A stretch of DNA of 63,983 bases, the filler included, from Octopus bimaculoides (lineage: Eukaryota), in assembly GCF_001194135.2 (NCBI RefSeq). It is 8 parts of 6 records of this genome, joined end to end, with 100 filler letters (N's around TTAATTAATTAA, not from the genome) between each part and the next. Parts side by side here need not be neighbours in the genome. Positions count along the whole stretch, not along the records: positions 22,113 to 34,476 come from NC_068988.1; positions 34,577 to 42,635 come from NC_068981.1; 6 more parts are not named here. The stretch is one strand, 5' to 3'. Position numbers and translations under genes: made by a program. The notes below the pieces were generated by a model. That model did no database searches and was not told the DNA's origin. It saw only the letters and a list, made by a program, of their open reading frames with translations. Of this stretch, positions 26,263-39,800 are shown in pieces. Within the stretch, counting starts at the first letter, position 1. Every line of letters starts with the position of its first letter.

Positions 26263-27904
26263 CCTATTACACATAGTCACCTTGTATACATCAACGCGCA
26301 ACGGAACACGTTCACATCTGCACCTAAATTGGTGGTATACACGTATGCGCATACACAAACATACAGCTAACCGACTAACTGATACGCCAACGCCATTGCT
26401 TGCAGTTTACGCCACACTACAGATCTCCAGTCACAAGAAGTCCAGATCAACCGTCGACCATTCACGAGCGCCCTGATTCTATTGTTCAACTTTTCTCACA
26501 TATGCCAGCTAAACTTAGTTAAACACCCGAACACAAAATCAACACAGCACTGCAGCTCCTACGAGTACATGCAACCTCACACGTATTTACGCACGCGCAT
26601 AAACCTTTTTCCTTGCGATATAGTGACAGGGAATGAAAGAAGGACATATCTTTATGATCCTCCGGAAGCAAAGGCTCATTCCCATGGTATGTTGTAACAC
26701 CTTTTCTCCATAAGAAACTTCGAGAGTCAACAATTGGCACATAAACACTATATATCACACATATTTGATCATAAATTCACATATCTATATACGCATGGGC
26801 TTTAACACTATAAATTTTACTCTCAGATAACAGGTACACATAGCATTAACATTCACAAACACTAACTCCTTCTACATATCCACTCATTTGAGCAATCAAT
26901 TTTATAGCAATACCCGAAAACATACCCTGAAGCAAAAATACACACATACACACAAGCAAACACATCGCACTTAGCCATTAACATAATGTAAACCCATAAC
27001 TACTTACATACTAATAATATAAATCTGTGGAGATTTATATTTAACGCGTTCATGAAAGCTCGAGCATGGAAACACATTCGTTGCGATAAGACATTCTACT
27101 CGTAAACACTGTATTTGAAAACACCCCAATCAGAGCTATATCTTGAATACTTCGTTCAAGGCGCACTAACAATGGACGTTCTCATATGGAAACAGCAATT
27201 AATAAATTTGCCGGCGTTTCCAAAGCTTTGTCAAGCTGAAATTAATTAAAGGCACACCCAGCAGTGATGATTAAAGTAAGGCTTCGAACATTGATATTTA
27301 ACGCTTTCAAGTACACTCAAATATGCTTGTACATGCCAGTGGTTCTTTGTGGGCAATGGACAGCTAACTCGGTCTGCTGTTGATGACGCCTAATAATGCA
27401 GAAACATGTGTCCTAGTTTGATGGCGTCATTCATATCTCAGCTCGGTGTATTTTCATACGCATTCTCTGCAAGGAGAATTTCTCCTTCAAAACATCGAAG
27501 GTGCTCCATGTTTGAGCGCGCACGTACGTATTAAACATAAGTATACACAGCTATTAAAAAAAAATTATCAATGCTTAATATAATTCTAACTAAACAATTT
27601 CAGCTTCGTCAATCTGATGACGTCATTCATAACTTAACTCGGTTTCCTTTTTTCCTGATTGTCGATAAGAAAATGTTTTCCGAGACAATAACTGTACAAA
27701 GGTATTTTCATGTTTGAGCGCACATCTAAATATACATGCACACAGTATATACGTACATTTATACATACACACAAGCACACAGAATGTGTATATAAGTGTA
27801 CACGAGCCTGTGCGTGTGTACTCATATGTCGATTTGACTGAATGAATATTCAGGTTTTCAGTCAACTGGAAAACTTACTCATTCAATTAGTGTGGTTGAG
27901 TATT

Positions 27905-28085
27905 CCACTACATATATACGACGGGCTTTTTTTTCAGTTTCCATCTACCAAATCCACTCTCAAGGCTTTGGTCGGCCCGAGGCTATAATAGAAGACACTT
28001 GCCCAAGGTACCGCGCAGTGAGACTGAACGCGGAATCATGTGATTGGGAAGGAAGCTTCTTACCAGATAGCCACGCCTCAATTTA
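27905..28085 (-). mobile_element. SINE family A part
   Basis: acgggcttt..ttcagtttccatctaccaaatccactc.caaggctttggtcggcccgaggctata..gaagacacttgcccaagg. Confidence 0.85.
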
Positions 28086-29169
28086 TTAATCTATCTCTAT
28101 ATACGCGATGGGGATATGTATGTACGTAAGAATATGCACGTTCATTTTTTGAACATACACACAAATACAAATGTATATATACATTGATGTATGGATAGAA
28201 ATATATGCACACATACATGCGTGTGTGAGTGTGTATGTCTGTCGTAAATGCATATGTTTCTATAATAACTGTATACATGTAAAGGCACATTCCAATGCCC
28301 AATACAATAAGATGATAATTACTGGAAAAATCCTGCCGCAACAGTTTATTTTATTTATGATGACTATTTTATCAATACACACAACACACACGCGCTCGCA
28401 CAAACGCACGTACATACATACGCATACAGAAAAGAACACACACACACACACATAATCGTTTTTGAATTTTTTGAAGAACGACAACTGCAATAGCAACAAA
28501 GAAAACAAGCAGAAGCTAACTTTATTCACATCCCACCCTGCTTTGCAAAATTGTAAAAATTATGCGAAAAGATAATTCAAAGGTGTGAAATAAAGAAATA
28601 TCTGTTAAAAATTTGAACGAAAAACAAAAACAAAAAATAAATAAATAAAATTTAAAAAAATAAAAATAAAAACAAACAACAAACCAAAAGCAAATTGACA
28701 AAATTTCCCCTTCTTCACAAGAAAAAAAATTAAATTAAATAAAATTAAAATAAAAAATACCTACGCACATAAAAAAAAAATCCCAATTATAAACAAACAA
28801 GCACATCAATGTGAAGCTCTCCTGAACTGAAATCAATGCAAGTTGAAGTAGGATGGAAAAAATAATCTACAAACACTAGAAATAACTGCATAAACAGGAA
28901 AGCAATAAAGTAAAATCATTAAACGTAAAAGTATGAATAATGTTGGTGAGTGTCAATAATAACAAGGTATAGATAGGAAGGTATGGGTGGTTGTTGTGTT
29001 TTTGGTATTATTATTTATTTTTCCTTCAGTCTGTAATGCCACATCCAATATTTATAATTTCAAACTTTACCACTTATTACAGAAATCACAATAAGAATTG
29101 CGGATGAGTTTTGTCACAGTGAGGCTGGATGGTTTAAAGATGGTTTAGTGATGGGAATGAGGAACTTAA

Positions 29170-29359
29170 TGTAATAACATCATTATCTTCTTCTTCTTCT
29201 TCTTCTTCTTCCTCCTCCTCCACATCCTCTTCCTTTCTCCTCGTTATCGTCATCGTTATCTTAATTTCTCATCAAAATTTTATTATTGTTGTTGTTGATG
29301 TTGTCGATATTCTTATTGTTAGATAACTCAGTATTTTTACAGTTTGAAACCGTTATTAA

Positions 29360-29409
<50 letters not shown>

Positions 29410-29634
29410 AGAACAGCAGATTATCTGAATCGTTGAAGTATCGAACAACATACATTGCAATATTAAGACAGGGCCCTTTACGTTCTGAGTTCTAATGTCG
29501 ACAAGGTCAACTTTGCCATTCAATCTTCCGGCATCAAGTGCTGGGATTGATTTAACTGACAAACACCTCCTCTCAGAACACAACCACCATCATCACAACC
29601 ACCATCATCATCATCGTCACCATCCACAGTTAGA

Positions 29635-29680
<46 letters not shown>

Positions 29681-29685
29681 CTTAG
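29170..29685. repeat. Cluster of (CTT)n, (CAT)n, (CAC)n and (TAT)n repeats
   Basis: Seen directly. Confidence 0.9.
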
Positions 29686-29687
29686 AT

Positions 29688-30035
29688 AAAGCAGCGAGCT
29701 GGCAGAATCGGATAAAAATGCTTATCAACGTTTCGTCTGTCTTTAATTTCTTAGATGAAATTTCACTGAGATCGATTTTCCTTTCAGTCTTTCAGGGACG
29801 CTGAAATAAGTACCAGTTAAACATTGGGCTAGATGTAATCGAATCCCCCCCCTCCCCACATATTCAGGCTTTTGTTTGTAACAGAAGGAATTATTATTAT
29901 CTGAGATTAACAAAATTATAACAGCATCGGAAAAAATGCGTTTCAGAATTTTTTCCAACTTTTTACATTCTGGGTTCAAATCTCGCTTGGCTTTGTCTTT
30001 CATTCTTCGAGTGTCGATGCAATAAAGAACCATTT
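29688..30035 (+). mobile_element. SINE family C tandem pair
   Basis: Two head-to-tail copies separated by a (TTA)n tail. Confidence 0.7.
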
Positions 30036-30819
30036 ATGCTCTGATGCCAATGGTATCATCTAATCTCAAGGTTGCCCGTCTTGCATTTAAATTACAAAGT
30101 GGTAAATTAGCAAAATCATCAAATCAGCAAACAAAATACCTTACAGTTCTTTACATTATCAGTTCAAATCCCAGCATGATCAGCTGTATAACTTTGATAA
30201 TCTGAGATTAACCAGTTAATTACCAGGCAAAAACTGCCATCTAAAAGCAACAAACATATGTGATGATTGCAATAGAATCTGTTGATCGCAATTTTTGGAG
30301 AATATAGATTGCAGATTTCACGTTACTTCAGTCTACTCCAATGACCGTGAGTACTAGCCGAGTGCTAGAGCAACTCTCTTTTCTTCGGGTTGCTTTATCC
30401 TAGATCTGCCGGCGGATAAAATGGTGGGACAACTGAGAAGTTGTCTATATCTGCTCATAGCTACATACACACCTAAAACTATTAGCGATAGCATGATATC
30501 TGTTACCAAACTATTCTCATCTGCGATTGACAGTTAGCTTTTATATAGATAGGTAGACAGATATCAAGGGTGGAAAATTTGTGAATTTGATTATGCATAC
30601 CAACAATGTAGTTGAGGGAAAATTCCTTAGGCGCTCGTTCGGTTTACTAAATGACTATCGGTAGGGTCTCACATACGTAATAAAGTGTGTTAAAGAATTA
30701 TTGAGGAATTCAGATTATCCAAGAAACTGGTATTACTTACATCTTAAGTAAACATAACAGACGTGTTCCACAGTTTTTCTTTTTAACTCATTACTTATAA
30801 GTCATTATTCGTAGCTTTC

Positions 30820-30985
30820 TAAGGCTACAAGCTGGGAGAATCATTAGCACCCTCCTTGCGACACGAAATGTTTTAGCTGCATTTCGTTCATTCTGAGTTC
30901 GGTTTCCGCCGAGGTCAGTTTTGATTTTTCCTCTTTTTTCGGAGTTGATAAAATAAGTACTGGGCTCGATTACATCGACCCCACT
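30820..30985 (+). mobile_element. SINE family C (old)
   Basis: ttctgagttc..ccgccgaggtc..gataaaataagtactggg..attacatcgacc. Confidence 0.65.
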
Positions 30986-31136
30986 CACCGCAAATCAGAA
31001 AACTGATTCAAGTTTCACTGTTCCCAAATAAGATTTTTACATTCTTTCGGAGTTTCTAAATACTTTTGACGTCAACAAGATAAGATAAGGTGATAAAAAT
31101 TTTCGGATAATGTAGGTAACACAGTATAGGCAAGCT

Positions 31137-31556
31137 TAGCGCGGGATTAACCATTATGCAAAATAAGCAAGTGCTTAGAACATCAAGTGAAGTGGGGGAG
31201 GTACCACAGAAATGATAAATGGTTTACGGCACAAGAAAAATTGCTTTAAACTTGCTAAAATAATATTCAAAATGGTTTATATGATCGGAAATATAATTTT
31301 GAAGTATTCATTGTATAGTAATAAGGATCTGATCAAAGGCTGCAAATAACAAAAATACGAGAAAACTTTTCAAATATATACAAAGTGGAAGCATTCAAAG
31401 GTAAACATTATTTTCCATCTTACTGTTTTGCTTCATTTTGAAAAGTGAAAATTTATTTTATGGTTTTGTATTGTTTATATTTTAAATTACATTTATTTGG
31501 GGGTACAAAACTCTTTTAAGCGATTAGGGCCACTATGTGACTTAAACCGGCCTTGG
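31137..31556. mobile_element. Possible old non-autonomous DNA transposon (CAGGGCCGGATTAA-type ends)
   Basis: Degenerate ends AGCGCGGGATTAA and TTAAACCGGCCTTG with subterminal GGGCCCACTA. Confidence 0.35.
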
Positions 31557-31810
31557 AAGGCTGACAGAAGGACTATAATATAGTAGATGAAAAGCAGCAA
31601 GAATACATATGAAATAATTCTTTCAAATAGCTGAAAGACTCGCTAGCAGTGGTGAAAACTTCCTGTAACCTAGGCGAACTAATCAGTGGATATTCCAAAA
31701 GCAGAGTCGTCAGAGGAAGAATAAAGGAGTGAAAAAGTTTAAGGACGTATTTAACTCTGCTTTCTGAGTGATAGGCGGATTGTATGTACTCAGTTCAATA
31801 TTGTTTAATA

Positions 31811-32025
31811 CAGTAATCCCTCACCATATTACAGTTCACCTATCGCGGTTTATTATTTAAGCTTATGTCGATTCCTCCATGGTGTTATTTTGCATTTATA
31901 ATAAAATAAATATATACAAATTATAAAAATAAAATATACAGTACAGTACTGTTTTTACTTCATGGATTTTCACCTGTTGCGGTGGGTTTGGGAACATAAC
32001 ATTTGCTATAGTCGAGGGATTACTG
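31811..32025. mobile_element. Tigger/pogo-type MITE (215 bp)
   Basis: TA|CAGTAATCCCTC...GAGGGATTACTG|TA: perfect 12-bp TIR and TA TSD. Confidence 0.85.
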
Positions 32026-32229
32026 TAACAAAATATGGACATTGCAAATTGAGGAGATACGAAAACTGAACAAAGACGCAAGCATGCTTTGCTAAATAGA
32101 AAATGTTATTATGAACGAATGAGGAAGTACAAATGAGCTGAAAGAACAAATGTGTAAAAAGAGGTGGGGGTCGGTTGTAGTTTGCAAGAGAGGAAAGAGA
32201 GGTACTGCACTTGGACGGATAAGTGATAC

Positions 32230-32525
32230 ATTAACTGGTACTCCCGTTGGTTACGACGACGAGGGTTCCAGTTAACCCGATTAATGCAACAGCCTGCTTG
32301 TGGAATTAACGTCCAAGTGGTTGTGCCCTCCAAAAACACGCCCATCATTAACAGAATATGACAAGGCTGGCCCCTTCAAATACAGGGGCTACTTATTTTA
32401 GTCAGCTGAGGGAACTGGAGCCACGTGAAACACAGTCTTGTTCATGGACACAACGTGAAACCGGGAATCGAATTTACTACCCTACGATCGTGATCCGAAT
32501 GCGCTAACCACTAAAACACGCTCTT
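32230..32525 (-). mobile_element. SINE family E/F hybrid
   Basis: E-type head and F-type tail (gacaaggctggccc..aaatacagg). Confidence 0.7.
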
Positions 32526-34146
32526 TCAGTTACGTAATACATATAATATGTGAGATGGATAGATCTCTCCAAGTGGGAGGAATATGTTGAAAAATCCTAA
32601 GGCCACATGGAAAAAATGAGAAGAACACAGGAAGGATGATCTCACACAGCAGATGATAAGGGAACGCAAAAAATGGCAAGATTCTTTCATAGTGAAGACC
32701 CATCCAACTTACACAGGCATGAAAAACAGATGTAAAATGATGACGATGTTGAAACAGATGGATTTTTTAAATCTTTGTTTTTTTTCCCCAAGCTACTGCT
32801 TGAATATTATGAATGGATTGATAAGCGTTCTAACATAATAATCTCTCAGCAAATAGTTTACAGATGATGAATTTTTTTTTTTAAATACCAGAACAACCAT
32901 ACAGAACTGATATCATTTCAAGACCGCTTAATTTCTTCTAGCCTTCTACCACGAGTTAATTACAATCAGTTTTCCTGAAATCTTAATTAGTGTTTAGCCA
33001 TCTATGGCTCTTTCAATCTAATCAGTTAAAGACTATAATCTGCTGATTATAAAAAAGAGTATAGTCTGCTTAAATCTTTAATGAGCTTATTTCTAAGGAA
33101 ATAAAATCTTACGTTTTTCATTTAATTAAAAAAATAATCAAGAACTTGGAGGTAGTTATTAAAACACTTAAAGTATTTACTCATTCACAAACACCGGTGA
33201 AATGTATAGTTTGTTTTAAAGTTTGTACGCCTCCTAGAGTAGAGTATCAATTGTTTTTAGATGAAGTCCTTTTTCGACTATCAAAATGTTTTCCTTTCTA
33301 GTAAGTCTACGAGAGATTAGATGCAGTGGAGAAAGACAAGGAATGACAGAGAATTAGCTGTTGGGCATGCATAGAATAGAAGTCAGAGGAAATTGTAAAT
33401 ACTGAAATACAAATACACACACACACACAGAGTTACACCTATTTACGAACAGAGCAAGGTGCCCCACTAAATTGCATATTCTCACATGCGTACAAATATA
33501 TACACAAGGATATATGATTTAGCGGTGTGCAATAATAGGCATGCATGCCCTCCCTCACGTATGCAATGGCTCGAGATTGTATGTATAAATGCATAGTCAC
33601 AGGAGCATACACAAACGCACACTTAAATATACATGCTTGTCGATTTATCTGCATGAAAAATTAAAATAAAAAAAGTCTCCATATTTTATAATTATATTAA
33701 ATATAAATTAAAATAAAAGCATTCTCTTGAAGCATTCTGCATAATGCACATACATAGACAGAAATGTGACAGGATAGGATTAAGAAGAGAATATTGAGAA
33801 ACATTTGCAAGGAACGTTCCGAAGGTGAATAAGATGTGTTATTCTTTGTGTTTCCTGATATGTGATGCTGCTCCGTGAGATGGTTAATGCCGTGACCAGG
33901 TGTGTTGGAAAGCCATTTCCTGATTCATTACATGCTTTTGGTAGTTTCTGGTCAGACGGCTTTGATTCTATGTCGCAGTCAATAATTCTTTACTTTCGGC
34001 TTTGTCTTACGGGCATCGCGGCAAGCGTTGCAATTATCCTACTTATTTACAAACTATTAAATTTGTTCATATATTGACTGTTAACCTTGAATAGGGATTT
34101 AATACCATCAATTTAGCATGGAATTCTATATCACTCCATGTTTACT

Positions 34147-34476
34147 TCCCCAATGGAAGAAGTTGAAAACTTTTGGAAAGGGATCTGGAGTGATGAGAAA
34201 CCATACAATGAAAATGCAGACTGGATCAAACGCACCCAAGATGCCTACAAAAATCTACAAGAACAGGTATGGGAAGACATCTCAATCGCCGACCTAAGGA
34301 GAGCACTAACGAAGGCTCATAAGTGGAAATCCCCTGGTATTGATAGAGTACCAAATTTCTGGCTCTCATCACTCTCGTCCGCACACAAAATGTTAGTAAT
34401 ACTATTTAATAGTATTATGAAAGACCCAGAAAGAACTCCCCATTGGATGGCAAATGGTATTACTTACCTCCTCCCG
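34147..34476 (+). mobile_element. Dong/R4-clade LINE fragment (region just upstream of the RT core)
   Basis: EEVENFWKGIW..W.DISIADLRRALTKAHKWKSPGIDRVPNFWL..P.WMANGITYLLP; it ends at a gap. Confidence 0.85.
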
Positions 34477-34639
34477 NNNNNNNNNNNNNNNNNNNNNNNN
34501 NNNNNNNNNNNNNNNNNNNNTTAATTAATTAANNNNNNNNNNNNNNNNNNNNNNNNNNNNNNNNNNNNNNNNNNNNGGACTCCGCAAAAAAAAACAATAA
34601 ATAAGGGGGGGAAAGGTTCAGATCACATACAGTCCGTCT

Positions 34640-35035
34640 CCACCCAAAAATCAACATACCCTGATGTACCCAACACAGTACGATGACTTCTGTTCGTCCC
34701 TATATATCCGTGAAAGAGGCGGGCTTTTTTGGTAGTTTTTGACTTATTTAGTCCCTCTAAGCGTGAGGCATTATTATATAGTAATGCCCTTATATAAATT
34801 ATATATATATATATATATATACATATATATGTGTGTGTGTTTGTCCCCCCAACATCGCTTGACAACCGATGCTGGTGTGTTTACGTCCCCGTAACTTAGC
34901 AGTTCGACAAAAGAGACCGATAGATAAGCACTAGGCTTACAAAGAATAAGTCCTGGGGTTGATTTGCTCGACTAAAGGCGGTGCTCCAGCATGTCTGCAG
35001 TCAAATGACTAAAACAAGTAAAAGAGTAAAGAGTA
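34640..35035 (+). mobile_element. SINE family A/B (3' two-thirds)
   Basis: The B part is near-identical to other copies and ends aaacaagtaaaagagtaaagag. Confidence 0.85.
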
Positions 35036-35879
35036 TATGTCTATAGAGTAAATCCAAAAAAAGAACAAAATGATAAGAATGACACAAAGTATTTGATTTT
35101 AAACCTTAATTTTAATACAAACTTTAAATTTAGTTTTTCATTATAATGTCATTCACTCTTTATTGACCCTTTATAGATTAATTTGATATTTTTCTAACTT
35201 AAGACAGTTTTTTGTTTTGTTTTTGTTCTTATCAGCTTGCCATTTACAGTTTTATAGGTTATCAGAGTCGGCTTGGCAACCAGCAGCATTTACGTAAATG
35301 CTAGCAGTTTTAATAATAAAAAATATGCAAGGACTGCCACAGTGGATGGGACTAGTTTCGAAGTTGTATATTGTAGTCTGACGACTAGTTCCCAAGTTGT
35401 GCGTTCAATCCTTACAATTAATACAACGGTGTCCCTGTTAACCAAAGCGTATCACTCTGTTTGTGATTCTCACTGATATTCTCCACCTCCCCTAACTACA
35501 AACTGGTACCTTTCTTACCACATGATTAAATAACTCGCTTTTAAAAAGAAATATTTTAGTTGACATGTGATCTAGTGGTTAAGGTGTTGGGTTTATGATC
35601 ATAAGATAGAGGGTTTGGTTCCAGGAGCAAGCAACACATGTCTTTGAGCCAAGTATTGCCTCTCATGTTGCTCCAGCTGGAGTAGCTCTCTTTCCCTTCA
35701 GCTGGGTAATATTCAAAGTTTCATCAGGTCAAGGATGGGAAGGATGAGATAGAGTTAATGTTTGCTTACAACCATATAGACACCAAAAACAATTAGCAAA
35801 AGTACGGTACATGCAACCAAGTTGTACTCACTTGCAAGTGATGGTTATTTTTTTAAAAAATATACTAGTACCAACAATA

Positions 35880-36130
35880 TCATCATCATCATTTAATGTC
35901 CATTTTCCTTACTGGCATGAGTTGGTTTGACAGGAGCTGCTAATTTGGAGAGCTGCACCAAACTTCACTTGTCTGTTTTGATGTGGTTTCTACAACTAGA
36001 TGCCCTTCCTAATGCTGACCACTTTACAGAGAGTTTTGGGTGCTTTCTATGTGGCACCAGCATGGGTGCTTCTTACATGGCACCAGCACAGGTGTTTTCT
36101 ATGTGACACCAATCCACATCTATGTCAGAC
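35880..36130 (-). mobile_element. RTE-type tail / RTE-dependent SINE tail
   Basis: catcatcatttaatgtccattttcc..gatgcccttcctaatgc plus three gggtgcttt..tgtggcaccag repeats. Confidence 0.65.
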
Positions 36131-36254
36131 AATGGCTGGAAGTTGGAATTGATAAATTTGAGTTTAATATTGTTGATGTCATGAAAATTTAGAAACTTTT
36201 GAAAGAGCGTGAAATAATGAATAGAGGATCTTGAAGCAAATATAAGGCTATTAA

Positions 36255-36470
36255 TAATCCTTTCTACTATAAGCACAAGGCCTGAAATTTGGTGGGAGGG
36301 CATAAGTCAATTACATCGACCCAGTGTGTAACTGGTACTTATTTCATCGATCCTGAAAGGATGAAAGGCAAAGTTGACTTTGGCAGAATTTGAACTCAGA
36401 ACATAAGGACGAACAAAATGCAGCTAAGCATTTTGCCCAGTGTGCTAGCAATTCTGCCAGCTCACCACCT
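36255..36470 (-). mobile_element. SINE family C
   Basis: Full-length reverse-strand copy. Confidence 0.85.
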
Positions 36471-36542
36471 TAATAAAGCTATTAATAATAGCGTGTAAAG
36501 TTTATAAAATTGTTAAGACATCAACAGCATACACTCGCAAAG

Positions 36543-36616
36543 GACTGCTTTGGTCTAATGGTAGAACACCAGTCATGTCTACAAGAGATGTGGATTCATA
36601 TCCTGCAGACAGCTTT
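36543..36616 (+). pseudogene. tRNA-like core of a dispersed repeat (copy 1)
   Basis: CTGCTTTGGTCTAATGGTAGAACACC..GATGTGGATTCATATCC..CAGC followed by TTTT; homologous to the 51.0-kb copy. Confidence 0.45.
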
Positions 36617-37239
36617 TGACTTTTTCTATCCAAAAGGGATTTTCAACCCATTATTTACAAGCTGGTATTTATGGGCTTCATGTGTTTCATCTGTCTACTG
36701 ATTCTGATCAGAACATCTACACTTAAAAGTTAAGTTCTCTAATTCAAGCTAATGAGTTATTATCTACATGACTATTATCTATTATTAGAAATAGTAGCCT
36801 TATCTCTCACATACCACTTCCTGTTGTTTTAAAAATAAATGACCCCAGCCATATAGCTGAAATGAATAAAAGAACAAAAGAATTGATAATACAGTTCTTA
36901 GATAATACTATAATCATCGTTTTAATGTTCAATTTTCAATGCTTGATTGGGTCAGATGGAATTCATTGAGGCAAATAAAAATTGGACGACCACAATGTGA
37001 TGCATAATTAGACTGTTGTTGGTTTAGTGGTTGAAGAAGGATTGTGTAAAATGCTTAGTATAAAGAACAGAGAAACTTTAAAACAGTGAAGGTATGAGCC
37101 TAAGAGATAGCAAGCTGGTAAAAATAGCTACCATCTTAAAAAAAGAAAGGATATATTAAAAAATATGGTCTCAGGTATTCAAAAAGATACGATGGTCATA
37201 TCTGGAAAGCCTTTGATCTAGATCTATTCAATCAGCAAC

Positions 37240-37830
37240 AGTGGCAGCACCAACAACAGCAACAACAGTTACAGGTGCAGCGCCAACAATGTGTACCCAT
37301 GAAAATACATTGGGTGTACTGGGAATTCTTTCAAGCAACGTGTTTCCAACCGTAAACCCTCCTTCAGGGTCCCAGAAGAGGTATGTAACATCACTGGCCA
37401 ATCACGTCTTGCAACTAAAAGACAACAGAATCTCACACTCGATCTCATGAAAAATCCTCAAAAACCTAGGCCCCTACATCAACAGGACAAAGTGCTGCAA
37501 GTTATGCATAGCTGAACACATAAGAATCCTAAAAGACTCGCTTGAGCCAGGGAGCATTCTTAACTCCAGAACAGAGATTTTCAGGCCATGTTTGCATTTT
37601 AGGAAATTCCTGCTGGCGTTTTGGGACCCACAAGATGGCAGCGCAGCCAGAAGTCGATAGCCAATGGCAAAGGGAGATAATCTCCTTGTTTACATTCGTA
37701 TGAAGCCCCCCCCCCTCCATATTTTGAAGAGGTCTTAGGGCAACAGGCCTTGGGGTCTGACGATATGCCATAAAAGTAAATCCTTTATGGATGGGGAAAC
37801 CCAGGATAATCCCATAAACTGGCCTTCCCT
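37240..37830 (+). mobile_element. Penelope-like element 3' remnant (GIY-YIG endonuclease C-terminus plus pseudo-LTR)
   Basis: From 37303: KYIGCTGNSFKQR..N.K.SF /frameshift/ TSLANHV.QLKD...ISHSIS*KILK...YINRTKCCKLCIAE.IRI......LNSRTEIFRPCLH.RKFLL. This has the YIGxT..R motif plus the CxLC...LNxRxE...CxH tail of PLE GIY-YIG endonucleases. Confidence 0.85.
37752..37813 (+). ncRNA. Hammerhead ribozyme motif in the PLE pseudo-LTR
   Basis: GGGGT-CTGACGA-tatgCCATAAAAG taaat CCTTTATGGatggg-GAAA-CCCAGGA-TA-ATCCC. Stem I is GGGGU/AUCCC and the conserved core bases are present; stems II and III are partly mismatched. Confidence 0.7.
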
Positions 37831-37832
37831 AG

Positions 37833-37879
<47 letters not shown>

Positions 37880-39110
37880 ACTAAAGATTACATGGTTGGA
37901 GTTCTTAACCACACAACCACACCTATATCAATTACACAGGACAGAATACCATAAAAATACCATAAATAATTTATCCTGGAATTCTATTGTTTCTGCTAAT
38001 TTCCTATCCTTTACAAAGCAACTATTAACTGCAAAAAGTTCTAGATAATTGAGTATCCTATTGTTGTTAAAACAAAGTCTACTTTAATATTATCTAACTT
38101 CAATAAGAATCCATGTTTACAGCAACTATTAGATATGCACAAATCATAAGCAATCATAAATCAAAGTTTAACTCATTAGCTGCAACAACACAGAGACAAT
38201 GATAAAATACTTTGAAGCATTAAGTGAAGCTAGAAACATTTACAAGTTTCCTGTTAACTCAAATGTAACCTTTTCTAAATACCAATTTATTGGTATAATT
38301 TTGCTAGTGATATTCTGAATCTCATATTAAGGTTTATGGCTGGTCAACATGCTAAAGAAGAAAATATTTTGTAAGATTCATTACTCATACAACATATAAG
38401 CCAACATTTTAACCAACCAGTTTTATCATTAAATTTTTTTTAAATCTTCCTTTCTTCTCACTTAGAAACTACAAGGAGTAACCTGGCATTTGATGGGTAG
38501 TATTCAACAAAATCATTGAAGAGGGTAAATTTGTACCTATTTCTGTCCTCTAACTATTTTTTCTTTTTCATTGTATATGGCCTGATCTTTCTTGTGTATC
38601 ATTTTCTAAAATATTGTGTTTCTTAATGGGGTTGTGTTGATGACCTAAAATCCAATCAGGAGAAGTGCACTTTATATCCACTGAGGAGAAATGAGTGTAT
38701 TAAATTGTACTAATAGAACAATTCTATTTTTACTTGTTGAATGTGGAGAATGAGGAAGGAGCCATAGCTTTTACAGGCTATCTGAGACCAGAGAGACTGA
38801 TAACCTTAATGTCCCCATATATACCCCTGGTTGTGTTTTCACAATGAAAAAGCTGCTCCTACTTGTTTGGACATGAACTCACCAGGAAGCATCAGACTGC
38901 ATACGAAAGGTTCAGTAGGTAGTTGACACCCGTAGCTAACAGTTGCATATTGTCCTTCTCTTCCAGATTGTGAAAACTTACCATAACATTTGATCTAAAT
39001 ACAGTGAAATTTTAAGACTTTATTTTTTTTATGGGCATATATGGGTTAATACTTGCAGGAAAAACATGAACAGAGATTACCAGAAACCCAATGTTCTGGG
39101 ATAGGGGAGG

Positions 39111-39800
39111 TTAGGCGTTGTAGTTAGTACAGGGTTTGGGGAAATGAGGCTGCACACAACATGAGTGATGAGAAGGGGTGAAGTAATGAGTGGAGTGTTT
39201 GAATAGAAGTGACATGGGCCCGACCAGATCCAAGGAACAGAAGCAGTTGTAGTAGTGATAGAAAAGGCAGAGAGAGGAGACAGAATGCCTGTGAACTAGT
39301 AGTTGGAAGGATTGGAAGAGAAGTGGCATAATATTTGAGTGAAATTATGTCAATCAACCAAGTGGCTTTTCTCAGGATGCACTCTAAGGTATGTGTGCAG
39401 CAGCAGCAGCACCATCCCTGGTGTGGAAGTAATACACCACTGTGGGACTCACCTCAGCTTTGTGGAGTGTCACTAATTGTTGGTGACTGAAGTAACTCAT
39501 AGACCTGAAGAGAAGGGAGTTTTTTGGGATGTGGCACTAGCTTGGCAGTTTAATTGTGTTAATACAGCTTACAGTGGTTCACCACACTATCTTGTAATAC
39601 TTACTTAGAAGTGGGTAGACTTGACTACTGAGACTGTAGTGGTCTTAGATCTGGACACACTTCAAGCGCTGATAGCAAGACATGAACTACCAACCTCTTG
39701 TCTGGTTATCTATTAGTCTATGTACTCCAACTTAAGAGTTTACCACCTGTCAATGCAGGAACACATTGTTCCAGATACTTATTGGTTTAAGAGAGCTGAT
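39111..39800 (-). mobile_element. Decayed CR1/Jockey-group LINE, RT C-terminal region
   Basis: Fragments FLFRSMSYFSHQQLVTLHKAEV.PT...DGA.../ ..HRHSVSSLCLFYHYYN..CS resemble the LGFLFR..YF...LYKAQVRP.MEYCSHIW.GA and HRR.V.SL.LFYRYY motifs. Confidence 0.75.

Noticed and set aside
33862-34137. 5' extension of the Dong/R4 fragment
   Set aside because: No similarity to R4 N-terminal sequence in any frame; the junction appears to be near 34147.
38930-38966. Strong plus-strand branch point and acceptor (ctaac..ttctcttccag)
   Set aside because: All three downstream frames stop within 9 codons and it overlaps a minus-strand exon candidate; unsupported.
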